A stretch of DNA of 64,000 bases from Anthoceros angustus (Eukaryota > Plantae > Anthocerotophyta), in NCBI GenBank assembly GCA_010909165.1, contig VJWM01000016.1, positions 1-64,000 on the forward strand, written 5' to 3'. Under the pieces are notes generated by a model. It saw nothing but the letters and a program-made list of their open reading frames with translations, did no database searches and was not told the DNA's origin. Positions 25,981 to 40,143 of this stretch are shown here, piece after piece (the stretch's first letter is position 1; every line of letters starts with the position of its first letter). The position numbers and the translations under genes were made by a program.

Positions 25981-26206
25981 TGGTCCCGAATCCATTTGTT
26001 TGTGGCCCGAACCCATTTGTTTCCATTTGTTTGTGGCCCGAACCCATTTGTTTCCATTTGTTTGTGGCCCGAACCCATTTGTTTCCATTTGTTTGTGGCC
26101 CGAACCCATTTGTTTCCATTTGTTTGTGGCCCTTAACCCATTTGTTTCCATTTGTTTGTGGCCCGAACCCATTTGTTTCCATTTGTTTGTGGCCCGAACC
26201 CATTTG
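25981..26206. repeat. 31-bp minisatellite, ~6-7 units
   Basis: TGGCCCGAACCCATTTGTTTCCATTTGTTTG at 26003, 26034, 26065, 26096 and onward, with no spacers. Confidence 0.95.
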
Positions 26207-29200
26207 GTTGACTCTCAACCTTTCGTGTTATATGTAAATTAATAAATTATTAAAAAAAAACAGGAATGCCCGAAATGGTTGAGGAAGGCGAGGCTTGAAA
26301 ACGGGTTGTTGGAGGATAGCGCAGTAGTGATTAACACAACCGACACGGGAAGAAGATTTTGGAAGTCAGTGCAGGCAGCCAACCAACTGCAATGGGAGAC
26401 TAATGTTGCCCACATAGGACCAACTGCAATGGGACACTAATGTTGCCCACAGAGGATAAGATTAAACGAACACTCAATCTTAAAGTCCTTGAGCAATGAA
26501 GCTCACATCCTTCAATTCATCCTTGACATCCATAGGCTTATGGCATGAACCGACCACTGGCAATGTACCATTGCCCACATCACATGCGGGTAATTGCTCT
26601 TTATTCACCATACCACATCGATGAGGTCATTGTGCGAGATAGTGACCCCAGTTTGGATAGCAGTCTTCAAGGGCATCTTTCGAGGTCAAACCCGAGGCCG
26701 ATGTCTGAAGACAAGGAGGATGATCTTCGTCCTCCTCCCCCACCAATTTACTGCTCATTTGTTCGGCAATTGGTGACTTGGTGCAAAAACTGAATCTCTA
26801 TTCTGTTTTTTCACTAGTTTTTACAAGGGGGTTGGTAGCGGCTTTAGGATTTTGCCAAATAGCTTTTCCTTTTTTTTTTCTTTGTTCCTGGACATCTTGG
26901 GTTGAGCCTATTTTGCAGGCTCATCCAGACCTTGAAGCTTTGTTGCTTCTTTAGTTAGCCATGTATCCGCTTAGCATGGCCATGGACAGCTATGCTGCCT
27001 CACAGCATGACACTCACATCCATGCAATTGGAGATGGTGATCTGAGAAGCTTATTCATTCACCTTCTAGCAACCGCTGGCTGTTGTGACCCGATGGATGC
27101 ATGGAGTTCTAGTGCCTATGGCACACCAAAGAGGACAGAGGGGACCTGAACCCAACACATTTCTCAGAACCAGAACACATAAATGACAGTACACAGGTAG
27201 CAACGATGAAGGAACATAAAGTGAAAGGAGCATCTCACCTTTGAGATAAAGTCCAGCGGTCAAAGGGCCTAACTAGCAAAGGCTCCGCCATGATGACAAC
27301 AAGATAAAGAAACACAAACAATTAGAATCACACACAAATCAGTCATAAGCTCGATCAGACGGAGGAAAAAAAATGTAGACAGTTATGACTCACAAAATCA
27401 ATCAACTAGAAACAAAGGGGATACAGTAAATGAGGGGTTTGCAAAATCTGTTTCCCTCCCTCACGACAGCTTCTTCCCTCACCTATGTGATGTATCTTAG
27501 CTTGTTGTCAACTTGTTGGGCTTGGTTTCGGAGCTGTTACCATAACGTTGAGCACGGGTTAAGGAGCCTTTGCTGTGAACCCAGCACAGTCTTCAAACAA
27601 ACCAAACAGAAGGAGTTTGATCATTACCTCTCGCTGTACGCGAGCAAGGACGGGGCACCTTTTTTTCACATCAAACTTTTCTCCGCATGTATTAGGGGAA
27701 CAGACGCGGGTCACGGCCGAGAACGGTCGAGATAGGGCGAGACTGCCGAGGCCGTCTTGGCGCCCGACGCTGCCTCGGGCGCAGGAGGCCGTAGTCCGGG
27801 CCGAGACGCGCCCGCACTGACCGGCTGGGGAGCCGAGGGGCAGAAACATTCAAAATTAAAGACTTGTTGCTTGCGTGAACTAAAGGTTATACTTTTTCTC
27901 TCACTACGATGTAACATTTCATATTTCACAGTCTTGGTTTTACCATTCTTGAAGTGTTTTTCAAAGAGGTTCAACGGCAATGTTATTGTGTTGAACACTG
28001 ATAGTCACTATCGAAAGATGTTACATTGGTTAGTAAACATAAACCAAAGAGGAAATGACAAAGTGATTCATTACCTTCTTCAATATCCACCATTGCGTCG
28101 TCTTTCACAACGAGCATCACGGAAGTCGGGCTGCTACATTAAATTGGATGGTGAGTGGCAAGGACCCCTCACGGAACCCACCCCGAGGCACTCTGGGGTG
28201 GGTTCCGTGTCATAGTTATCAATGGTGAAGATCCTGACTCGGCAATCTACGGCTTCACAAGCGGGCCCCTTCTAGCCTTCGTTATCCGCACTTACACCTA
28301 AAGATTTGTGATGGGAACCATTGGATGTAAGTTAAGGGTACCTCGGTATCTATTGCTCGCATAACACACATGAGCCGGATATACCTTTGGGAGTTTATGA
28401 AAAAAAAGTAAACGAGCACTGGGCTAGTCCGTTGCATACAATGTCTGTTGGAGATCTTTTACTCGCACCTTGGGTGGTGTTGTATCCGAGGGCAATACAG
28501 AAAAGCACCTTGTTAGTAAACCAGTCCTTAAACTGGGGTCCTAAGAAACAAATTGAAGCAAAGAGTCCGAGTGACCCTTACATATGAAAAAGGCGGTTGA
28601 GGCCGAGCAATCACTTTGCAGAAGTCTATAAGTACAATCACTTTATCGATGCTTTGAACTCGCTTGCACAATGAGGTATGCTGAAATTGGATTTTAATCA
28701 CACACACATAACCTCAAACTACCATCGGATCATGAGCGAAACAAATTGCTAGTACTAAGCATCGAAGAAAGCGAGAGGACTCAAGCACACCACCTACGGG
28801 TGATCCGAGCTTGTAGCGGCGACCACGCATCCCTATGCTTCTTTGTCTTCAAAAATGTCTGCTCAAATGATCACCATTCTTCTCGTGACCAGAAGTCGCA
28901 ACGCATCAAGGACAAAACGCCATGAACTCCACTTTACATTCAATCCACCTCGGCAAAACATACCTTCCTTCTTATCGGCGGAGGCGCGTGAAGGCGATGA
29001 ACTCCACTTCCCTCAGCTCACTGCTTGGAGTCGTTTGGTAGAAGGACGCGTTTCGAGTCGGGAACATAGTGGTCTTCCTTCATGCTCTTGACCGGGGGTT
29101 GAGCGGATGAAGAGGAAACCACAAAGACTTCTTGGGCTCCTGTAATATTTGCCCAAGACAGCTTGACCTCCGTTGCCTCCACCAAGTGATGAGGAATGGG

Positions 29201-32200
29201 GAAGAGATGATGGACGGCGTGAGTGCCAATGTCGTGGTGGATGTTGTTGATCCGGCCGTAGTCCCTCGATGGTGGAGAGCCCTCCACGCATGTAGTTCCA
29301 CTCCTCGCCTGCATGCGGACCTTGTGCTCATACCGTGGTGGTGGAGGTAGGTGACCACATCCACACCACATTGGTGAGGGCACAACGTGAGCTTGAGCAT
29401 CCGTGATAGGGGCCCGGGCCCGGTCGAGCCCCCGCGAAAAGCGTGAGGAGGTGAGCTGTGGCGCTCCGTGAGGACAGTCTGGCCGGGTCGAAATGGGAAC
29501 CTGTCTTGCCGGGCTCCACGGAAGAGGTAGAACGGGTAGGCGAACATGGCCCAGGCAAGGAGAGCACTGCCGACGAATAACATCCAACCCCCATGCGTGC
29601 TTTCCAGGCATGGGGTGCGGACTCGTCTTTCTCCACATGCGCGGTTGGTGGTGCGTGCGTGGTGATCCTCCACCCGTGAAGCACACAAGAATGGACGAGT
29701 GCGTGAGGTGCCCGGACGTTTGGCGTCTTGTTATTGGAGAAGCTCCGTGCCCGATCGTGCCCGGCCTGAACAAGGCCGAACATGGTGCCACGAACCCGAT
29801 CTGAGAGGCCACAAACCACTGTTGAGATACGCCGCCGCAGCAGCCCAACACCACCGCCCCGTCCCTCGCATAGCTCAAGGACCTCAAGGTATTCTTCTCC
29901 CAGGTGCTTGGGATAGCGGCCGGATGTCGCGGTGAAAGGGGCGCGCCCGCGCCCTCCAGCTCCCGTCCTGGGCGCCGGGCGTGAAGCTAGGCGGGCAGGA
30001 ACGCCACCATGGCCACCACGCCCTTCCTCCTCCCCTCTGCTGCGGCCCGCATCCCAGACCCGGCGGTCAGCCCTGCTCCCTCCCCCAGCAGGCAGCGCCG
30101 GCCGCCATCGCCGATCTCCCACCCTCCCGCTGTTCCGTGGGCTTTGCACCGCGCCGTATCTCAAGTATATCCATCGGAAAAATGCTATCCACTTACTTGT
30201 GCAATCTCGACCTTCTCCCGAGCGGTTGCGGCGAAGTACTGAGAGCATGGGGAAGGAAGTACGCCAAAACATGTTGGGCACTAGACGTGAGCACAAAAGT
30301 GATGCGGATGAAATGACGTGACGCGGGAGGGGGGTTAGGGGAAGTGGCGCGACTGTTCTTGTTTAAGTAAGAGGAGGTGGATGGTTCTAGGCGTTTCCAG
30401 TTGGATATCCATGTGTGAAGTGCTGATTCGTTCCTAGGTTCGGCTTACGCTCTGGCCGTTGCTGGTTTGGAATGTTTAGGTTTGGTTGGGCGGCGGCAAG
30501 TGTGGGACGAATCATTTTTGTAGGTAGGTTTGGTCTGGCTTGGGAGTTAGGTCTGGGAATTTAAACTTAGGTCTGGTAGAGAAAGCTTGTCGGCGCCGAC
30601 AGAGAGAGAACCTAGGGTTTCTTTGTCTATATAAACCTCTTTTCCTGCAGTCTTATGTCTTTTGGTTCAGCGCTGTTCATGCTTTCTCGCGATTTTGCTC
30701 GTTTAGGTCTTTGGCGGTTTTCTGAGTGACGGTGTGTGTTTGCGTCCTCTGGCTGTTGATCTTGCATTGTCTTCTTGTTTGTTTGATGTCTTATTGTTTG
30801 GTCGAGCGCCTCCTTGAAACTTCTTCTTTGATTCGCATGTCTTGAGCAAGCGATTTCATTTTGTGTGTGTTTTAAAGTGTGCTTAATGGAGGACATTATC
30901 AAAAGTGTCTCTTGACGCTGAGGTCACTCTCTGGGCGGTGTTAGTTGGAGGTATTGAAGTTATTCTGAAGTTTTGAAGTTTTGAACTGATTGCAGTGATT
31001 GCTGAAGTTTTGAACTACAAGCGTCCTCTGGCGCTCTTTACACCAAGGCCAGTCTCTACTGAGCATGCCTTTTAATAGCTTTGTTTTTGTTCTGTGTTCT
31101 TAAAGCTCTTGCTTCCAATGAAATAATCGTAAGTGTAGGCGCTCCATGTAGTTTCTTTTGGGTCTCTGAAATACGGTGTATTCTTTGCGTAAGGACGGGA
31201 GAAACACAAAGATAAACGGAGTGACATACCACTTATGGGGTAGTACTCTATCCTGTTAGAAAGTATCTATGTTTCTTTTCCTTTTGATTTGTAGTCAAGA
31301 CTTGACCTTTCTAGTAGTACCGTTGGTGTTGCTTATGTTCTAGGTCGCTTGGTGAGCAGACCATCCACAACCGATATCTACATATGATTGTAGTTGTTCG
31401 AAACGACGCCCCGACGTATTGTCGACGGGATCATCTTCTACTTTGTTCTTTAAATGTGTGTGTTTTCCATCCTCTTTTTAAGACCTGTTAAGCCTTAGAA
31501 TAGTTCATTCGGTACCTTAGCTTTTGCTGAACTTTTGAGCTCTGCATGCGTGTAGCATGCGTTTGGTTTCTCTGCATAATTCCGGTTCATGCTTTCTCTT
31601 CCGATACTTCTATTAATTGTTGTTTTTTTTCAGAATCAACAAAAAGCTTTCACCCGACTGAGTACTTGACTGCTGCCTTTTTCCTTCTTATGTCGTCAAG
31701 TTTCATTATGAAATTGCTGTTTTATCAAATAGGAGTTTTGTGTCTAGAGTTTTATGTTGTGTTCTTTAATGTTGCATTTGTTTGTCGCTTGCAAACACCG
31801 AAAATCTTTGTAGTTCGAATGATGTTTCGTTGAAGTGCACCATGGACGCCATCGGAAGTAAGAACATGAGTATATCAGTCTGTTCCAAATACGGCCCCAA
31901 ACCCCGAGAGTCTTTTGAGTCTCTTCAAGTGTTTGTTTCTTTTAGTGTTTATGTTTGGATTCTTGATGTCTATGTTTGGAGGTTGGTTTGCACGCTCGTT
32001 TTGTTTTATTTTCTACGTGTCTTCCAAAGAACGCCGGGTTGCATGTAATTTGTTCCTATGTTGTGTCCTTTTCTTGTAGCATAGATAGCAATTGTAGTAT
32101 GCTATTTTGCATGTATTGTTTTTTGCTCTTACAATGAGGTTTGGCTAAGCCAATTACGGTTTCTTTTACGTTGTTGTGTTGGTCTTGATTCTCCGAGTAA

Positions 32201-32253
32201 ACAATCTTTGGTAGTTGTCCGCTTCATCTTTGTGTGCCTTTGCGTATGTGAAG

Positions 32254-33250
32254 GCGGTGGAGCAGTCCGGACGAACTTGGATACATTTTGATCTGCGACA
32301 TGTGTGCACTCTTGGGTAGGTTGTGTCTCGTGTTGTGTCGGTACTGGTATTTACTTGGTGTCTATTTTTTTCTACCCCGCTGCCCTGGTTTCAACATTTA
32401 TGGTGGATGCATTTCACCCGACATGCCATGTTTTCTACTCTATTGTAATGGATTTTACTATATTGAGTAAAAATAATGACCAAATGGTCAATTCTCTCTC
32501 TAGAAATCTACCCTTTAGCCCCCGAAAAAAAATCAAGCTAGCGCGTCGAGGCCCCAGACGAGGCCGCGACTTTGTTGTTGCATGCTTGATTGTGTCCACT
32601 GTGGTAGCAGATCGAACTTAGGGTGCCCAAAGTCGATGCACTAAAGAGGCCACTTTGAAGCATATACACGAACCCATTTCTTTCCTTAGGCACCAAACTT
32701 CCTTCCGCATGGTCGATTCAAGTTTTCTTTGGTAAAGTTGTAGTGTGAGCGGTGGAGCAGTCCGACGTAACTTGGATACATTTTGATCTGCGACATGTGT
32801 GCACTCTTTGGGTAGCTGGTTGTGTCTCAGGTTGTGTTACTGCATATTACTTGGTGTCTATTTTTTTCTACCGCCTGGTTTCAACATTTATGGTGGATGC
32901 ATTTCACCCGACATGCCATGTTTTCTACTCTATTGTAATGGATTTTACTATATTGAGTAAAATAATGACCAAATGGTCAATTCTCTCTCTAGAAATCTAC
33001 CCTTTAGCCCCCGAAAAAAAATCAAGCTAGCGCGTCGAGGCCCCAGACGAGGCCGCGACTTTACGTTTGACTGCATGCTTGATTGTGTCCACTGTGGTAG
33101 CAGATCGAACTTAGGGTGCCCAAAGTCGATGCACTAAAGAGGCCACTTTGAAGCATATACACGAACCCATTTCTTTCCTTAGGCACCAAACTTCCTTCCG
33201 CATGGTCGATTCAAGTTTTCTTTGCAGACCGAAGTTGTAGTGTGAGCGGT
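32254..33250. repeat. ~495-bp tandem duplication
   Basis: GCGGTGGAGCAGTCC...AACTTGGATACATTTTGATCTGCGACATGTGTGCACTCT at ~32254 and ~32749, aligned along the whole unit. Confidence 0.9.
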
Positions 33251-34632
33251 GTGGAGTGTGAATTTGTGTCTAGGGACACCGTGAGGTCCACATTCACCCT
33301 CAATGTCGTTGTAGGCTTAGGATTCGCTCCCAAGGGAATAGTTTGTGCCAAGAGACGCTAACTTCTATCACTCGACCTTTGCCTAAATCGTGACTCACCA
33401 TCACTCCTCTTACCTATCTACTCAACTACTACTACCTCCCGACTTGTCCAACTACCACCGATCTTATTCCCGACCACGGATCTCATTCCACACCAAATCT
33501 TATTCCACGACGCAAATCTCACTACCACGGTGGCTCTCACCACTAGGGTACACGACTACCGAGGTGGGTCCCACGCCAAACCCTAGCGACTTATTTCGCG
33601 ACGGCGCATGGATCTCGCACGGGCGGCTACCACTGCAGATCGACTTTATTCTGCACTCCACACTTCATGCACACACACATTCCTAGGGACCAAAGTTCCA
33701 CAAATCCTCTCAACCGCTCACACACACACAAAGGCGCCACACTCACACAATTCCACAAGGAATCTGTTTCCTCTTGTGCACACTTCCACCAATAAGACCG
33801 TTTGGATTCTTTTGGATCCACACAAATCTCCACCGTTAGTCTCTCAATTAGTTCCTTCTCAACTCCTCTTACACCTCTGATCACAGACGGTCATCACCCT
33901 TCACCCAATCTTCTCTCTCTCTCTCTCTCCCGCCTCGTGCTTCCAACCCACCACACACACACTCTCTCAATTTGAACACAACCAATGTGAACAAGGGTGA
34001 AGGAAAGAAGAACCCCAAGGCCACACGTTACGAGCAAGCTCCACCCGCCGCCAATCCCTTGGTTTCCTCCTCCTTTGTCGAGATTGCTCTATCACCCCTC
34101 CCCGGTTGGAGCAAGCCTCGACCACCCCTAGGAGCGCCTCGCACACCACCTCCAATTGGACGCCTCCAACCAGCCACAAGCAGCTGGGGATCTCAACCAG
34201 AGTTATCTCGATGTGAGGGGCACAACCAAGCCCCTTTATACAATTGTCAGCGCCATAGCCACCGACTTTCGTGTCCTAAAACGGCGAACGCCAAGAGGCC
34301 CCTACAATTGGACGGCCTTAGGTCCGATGGCATCCTATCCAAAGTTCTATTCCTAGGATGCCACTACTCCCTGCCCATGTTATCTCCGCACCCTCCGATT
34401 TGGTCGCTGGCCTTCGTCCTTTTCTTGCTGAATTTATGGGTCCTCCTTCCTCGCGGTCCGAAAATCCTCCCATAAACTCTCCACTGCTTTTTCCATGATC
34501 CCAAGTCCCAGCCTCCTCACCAATCCTCCACCTCGGACCCTCCAATGGTCCATATTTGGCCATTGGGCAAAATTTCCGCAACCTTGGGCGCCATGCTCTG
34601 CAAAACCCTCATTTCAAATTGCTGATAACTCG

Positions 34633-35115
34633 CCTCGGAATCTCCAACTTGGTCACCCCCTGTGGTTTCTTCCTTCCAGAATCGCGAGCTCCCCGCCACT
34701 GTGCCTCGCCTCGGAATCTCCAACAGTGTCCCCGGGGTTTCTTCCTTCCAGAATCGCGAGCTCCCGCCGCCACGGCTGCCCTTCTGACCTCGTGCGAGCT
34801 CGTGCTGCTGTGGATCCTGAGCTACTGGCCACCGGCCTTCCGAGTTCCCTTAGGGTTATATTTCCTGAAACTCTACGACCGCCAACCGGCGCTACCACTT
34901 CTTCTTCCGCGACCGCTCCTTCCTTCCACGACCGCCTCCCGCCGCCACGGGCTGCCCTTCTGACCTCGTGCGAGCTCGTGCCACCGGATCGTCTGGAGCT
35001 ACCCATGCCGCCCGCCTCGTGCCTTTCCAGTTCCCTTAGGGTTATATTTCCCGGAAACTCTCGGTATGTGGCTTAGCTACCACTTCTTCTTCCACGCTCC
35101 TTCCTTCCACGCCGC
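34633..35115. repeat. Adjacent ~75-bp and ~175-bp tandem duplications, possibly within an LTR-derived segment
   Basis: CCTCGGAATCTCCAAC...GTTTCTTCCTTCCAGAATCGCGAGCTCCC occurs twice, and CTGCCCTTCTGACCTCGTGCGAGCTCGTGC...GTTCCCTTAGGGTTATATTTCC occurs twice. Confidence 0.8.
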
Positions 35116-38100
35116 CCGGTTCGCCCGTCTTGAAACATAGTCCTGACACCCCTGGGCCACACACACCAGCTCAACTACACCCTTGGTTCGACCTCTAGCC
35201 TACGGACCGCCAAATATGGGGACCCCTCCCACATATATAGACTTTCTATTAGATATTCCGAGACCAAAGGCCAAGGAGTATCGAGTTCATAGTCTAAGGA
35301 CCGATTATTATTCAACCTGTGAAACAACCCAAAACTCATAGGTCAAGGACACTTTCTAGTATAAATATCCCTTCCTACTGACAACTTAGCTCGTTTTGAC
35401 ACCAAACTTAGCAGAAAAAAACAAAAAATCACTCAAAGACACAATCCAACAGGGAGTTTTGAAATCCATATCGTTTACAAGCGGGCTGAGTTTTGGAGAA
35501 ACTCAGCCCTCCAGCATCGTTGACTTCAGCCCTTCCACGAGGCTGGTGGGACGGGTGGCTAGTTTAGGGTTCACGGGCGGTAGGTTTCATGAACGGGAGC
35601 GGTGAGGCCTATGCCAGCTATAGTAATCTAATGCGGAATGCCTGGTGTGCGATCTGTGCACATAGAGCATCTTGGACATTCACTTTCGCGGATGCCTAAG
35701 CTAACACTTCCCAGTCAGGGCTATCTTTAGCGTTGCTCCAGTTCAGTCTTAACCCACAAGTTGATGCTTTGGACGGTTACATGGGTGCGATGGAGCTAGG
35801 AGTGTTCAATGACATGAAGGCCATATCAAGGTGAGAGTACAACAAGTATTGTTACTCTCTTTGTGCATGACAGGGAGCTATTAAGTTCAGGTATACTAGC
35901 CTGTAGGCTTGTCAAGCTTAGGGCATTAGCTGATAGATAGCACATTTCCGACCATCATGTGCTCCTAGGAGGCATTTTGAAAACAGCTGACGGCCAGCTA
36001 TTGTAATTTGGTAGGAATGCAAGCTCTCAAATTTGTAGCGGACTTGGTGGTAAGGAAGGGTTGGATTCAAATAACGTCTAAGTACACGGACTCCCGCAAA
36101 CCCCAAATTGCATGCTAAAAAATCCGCACTAAAAACGGCCGTTTTGAAGAGTTTAGGTCTTGTTTACGCGTGCACAAACGTATTTGATTTTAAACTTTAT
36201 CCAATTCTGAGCCTTCCTAAAAGAAGATCATTCTCACAATCGGCGCGTATACAAACAATTAGAGTTTTTAGGGCCTGCTGTAATTCTGGTGCGCAAACTT
36301 GTTTGCGCACCAACCTTTCATTCATACCAGTCAATTCTAAGACTATACTCTCGTTCTGGGAATTTTACAGGACTTTGTTTCTTAGACATTGGGACAAGTA
36401 TATCTTCATTGACTAGATGCTCTTGATCTGCATGCAGTGTGAGAATGAGAGTGGGCCCACGCACGGTCTGCACTTGGAGCTAGGCCCACGCTAAACGTCT
36501 CAAGATTCAAAAGATGCAAAAGGTTCTCACTACTAGTTCAAAGTTTTAACCACTAGAAAAAAGATGAGGGCTAAGTAAAGATAATATCCACGTTAGGGAG
36601 GTGCACAAAAAAGGTTGAAAAAGTCGAAAGGAACCCTTTAAAACAACAAAAGTATGAAAAAATACCAAAAAAATTCAAAAAATATCCAAATTTTAAGGTA
36701 ACTGCGCGCACTTGCCTCAAAAAATTGGACTTTTTTGGGATTTTTGAAGGATATTTTAGATTTTTTTCTCTTTTTTTCTTTGGATGAACCGTCTGGGAAT
36801 GCACTACGAGGCATGAACCATATGGGTTCATGCTCCTAGGCCCTTCTTGACCTTGGGTGCGTGCACTTGTGCGCGCACCTTGGCCCCCTTGTCCCCTGGT
36901 GCATGCACTTGTTCACCCAGCTGGCCCCCCTAGCATGTTTGATGATAACCCGGTACTAGGTCACCGCCGAAAGAGACGGAAACACCGTAAAGGATAAAAA
37001 GGGGATAGGGTATTCTTCGTCGCATTAGGGCATAGGATAGATATATGAAAGCGGTCTAGGTGAACTTCCGCCGATGTCTGCTACTTGTTATTTTGTCGAT
37101 AGTTCCGGCACATCCTCAGACCTCCAAAAGGACATGTTTCCCTATTAGAAAGATCATTTTTCGCGTTCTTTTTGCACAGTGCGCGCACAAGTTTGCACAT
37201 AGCGTTGTACCTGGCGCGCACTTGTGCGCGTCTAGGCCCCCTTGGAATACAAAAACATAGAGAACCACACAAAATGCAGAAACTACGGACATGACAAAAT
37301 TATGGAACAATGAGGTCAGTGACCCTTCATCACGCCGACTAAATCGCCATGAATCTGATTAGAAGGCGCCAGCTCGGTGTAAATGACTTGACAAGAAGTG
37401 GGACCGAACTGAGAATGCCAGAAACCGATGGATGAACACCTAACCCTATAATTTTGCTAGGGGGGAAATATACTTGTACTTGTTTGATAAAGGCAATGAT
37501 TCAAACCCGTGAAAGACAAAACCCAGGCAGACGTGAACGTTCTCGTAAACCAAAACGGCAAAGGAATGATGCATAGGCTACGACCACAGCTACCACACGC
37601 TTACGCAAGTGCTTGATGAGGCAGGAGTTGTGAACGAAAACGCCAAGTCCATGGGCAAGACAATGATTTTGATGACCCAGAAGTGCAGCGCATGTGGCAC
37701 TTAGAAGTGGTCATACATTCAGTGTTGGCTCAAAGCCCGGATGAGTTACAGATTGGTCCCCATGAGGGACCATTCCCGGCGTAGCTGCTTGCATGTGCTC
37801 GTTTTAAAGTTTACCGTTTTGTCCCAGTCGTTGTGGTGCCGCCATGTCGGCGTTCACACACAACCTTAGGTTTTGTTTCTTTCCAAAGTATAACCATGTT
37901 TAGTTTTGATATGAATTTATTGAATGGTGTCCATGACACATCACGGAGGGCGCTAGCCGGCCGGCGCCCTAGACAGGCTCTCTATCATGCCAATGGAAAA
38001 AATGCATACTTTCTATTTGTGGATGGAATAAAGAGGCTAATGTCATTTTGAAGACCTAGGGTTTTAAATCCTCTTTTAAGGACTGTATCAATTTCATGAA

Positions 38101-40143
38101 GGGGATCTTCCATAATTATGGTGTTGGTGGAACGAATGCGTAATTTAGCAATGGTGTTGGATTTAGTATCCGCTCAGGCACCAGATGAGTCACAACGCAG
38201 CCCCCGTCATATTCCTCCATTCTAAAGTAGACAGACTCAAAACATTGGATTGACGGTGAAAGGTCCATTTTTTTTGTGGTATAGAAAGTCCACCCGTAGT
38301 GCCGCACAAAATAGTACAAGGCTTGAGTGTTGTGATAGACCCGTCAGGGCGCCGGCCGGCCGGCGCCCTGATAGGTCATTGTAGTGGAGGCAAATGGTAA
38401 ACATTTGATGTGTAAGTATATGTACCCCAGGAATGGGGGTGATGTTTTAAACCTGACGTAAAAGGCTATTTTTGGACTGGGCAGTGTTTGGTCAAGAGGG
38501 TCCGACCCCAGAAGAAGAGGGTTTGTATATTCCCCCCTTGCAAAATTATTGTGTTACCTACAAAAAAACAACAAAAACCAAACCAACTTGAGTTTTTGGC
38601 GAAAAGGGTTGGGATTTTTACCAAAACCCCTTCTGACAAAAGAAACTCCTTTCTACACAGACGCTTTCCGAAGCATAATGCTGCTGAGAAAGTTGGACAT
38701 AATGTGCAAATTGAAGCTCTTTCAAAGATGATGAGGCCAACCAAGTTTATGCGGAGCTATCTCAGAAGCTCTGAAGGCCCATTGATTGGGTTTTTCAATG
38801 AGCAGATCGTGGAAGGAGATACATCTACTAACTGCCCAAGTGTGTGGACTTCTGCAGAGAAGTTGGCTATGGAATTATTGTCCCTATACCAACCTTAGAT
38901 CCTTTGTTGTGTCATCTGGGTGGTTGCCATTTGCTTTTCGTGTTTTGAGTGTTGTTTGAATTAATTTACAGTGGCTTCCAGCCTCGGAGTTTTGATATGC
39001 TTGCTATGCTCAGGCGAAAGAGGCACCAAAGAAGCTAAGTGGAGACTTGACATAGGTGAATGTGAAGCAAGGAACCAATGTAGGTCGCTCTATTGGAGGT
39101 TGCCTTAATGAGGATGAGTTGCAAACGTGGAGAGAAAAGGCCTTTTCAAGCTGTGGCTGTGGGGTCCCTAGCGTCCTACGGGTTTGGCCTAATTACCCTG
39201 CATGCCCGGAGCCTTGTCTGCGCTCCTTTGCGTGTCTCCTTGTTTCGAGCATGATCTTGTTTCCTCCTTTTCTATTTTTTTTAATTTGATAATTTGAAAA
39301 TAAATCGAAACAACCCCGGGGGAGAAATCTTCAGCACGGGTTCTGATTCCCCTGTGTTACACATCGTTCTGATTCCCCTATATTTTCTCCTTTTCTATAA
39401 AGGGTTCTCTAAGAACAAGACCAAGTGCATGTCACTTGCTCACAACCCCAGAGTGCGGTCGCGGCCGAGGTAGGGTTTCGCAAACCGAGGGTGCTGCCAT
39501 GGACGAGTTAGGGTTTGGAAACCCGATGGCACAGCCGCAGTCGCAATTGAATTAGAGTTAGGCCACCATGTAATTGCATTGAAACAAAAGAGACTCTTGT
39601 TTTCAGAGCGACTTTGAAAACAGAGTGTCAAGAGTCTGTGAAAACTGATATCTCTCTCTAAAAACAAAAGACACTCTTGTTTTCAGAGAACACTCTCTGT
39701 TTTCAGTGAGCACTCTTTGTTTTCAGAGAGACTTTTGAAAAAGATTGTCTGACCGCTTTGGTACATAGCCACTCTTGGTGAGGGCACCAAAGTGGACACC
39801 TAAGCATGTTTATTGAGGTAGGACGTCTTTACAAGATAGATGCCTTAGTATTGGTATTCCATAAGTGCCACCAAAACACGGCATTGAGTGTGCCCAATTG
39901 AGTATTTTATAAACAGCATGGCAAAGTGGCTAACATAATTCTGGAGGAAATTACACGTCTAAATTAGAGACTTTCCCGAGGCCATTCTGCAACCTAAGCA
40001 TTCTTCATTTATGTACAGAAAAGTTCGTGTTTTCTTTGTATTTAAGTTATGCTGTGTTATAGAACGCCTATAGTGCTCCAAAGTCCAGATAAGGTGCTAT
40101 GGTCCGACCTTGAGCAGTCCGAAATTGAACGTTCTCAGCGCGT

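Noticed and set aside
25981-26206. CRISPR-like array
   Set aside because: Units are contiguous with no unique spacers, no cas genes are present, and the context is eukaryotic.
33300-35400. Solo LTR or LTR-retrotransposon end
   Set aside because: LTR-like composition and a TATA-like site are present, but I found no convincing PBS, paired LTR or TSD. Only the internal duplications are reported.
38488-39000. Possible hAT transposase C-terminal remnant (EKLAMELLS; FAFRVLS)
   Set aside because: Only short, frame-split resemblance, and the diagnostic S..ER.FS/WS motif is missing.
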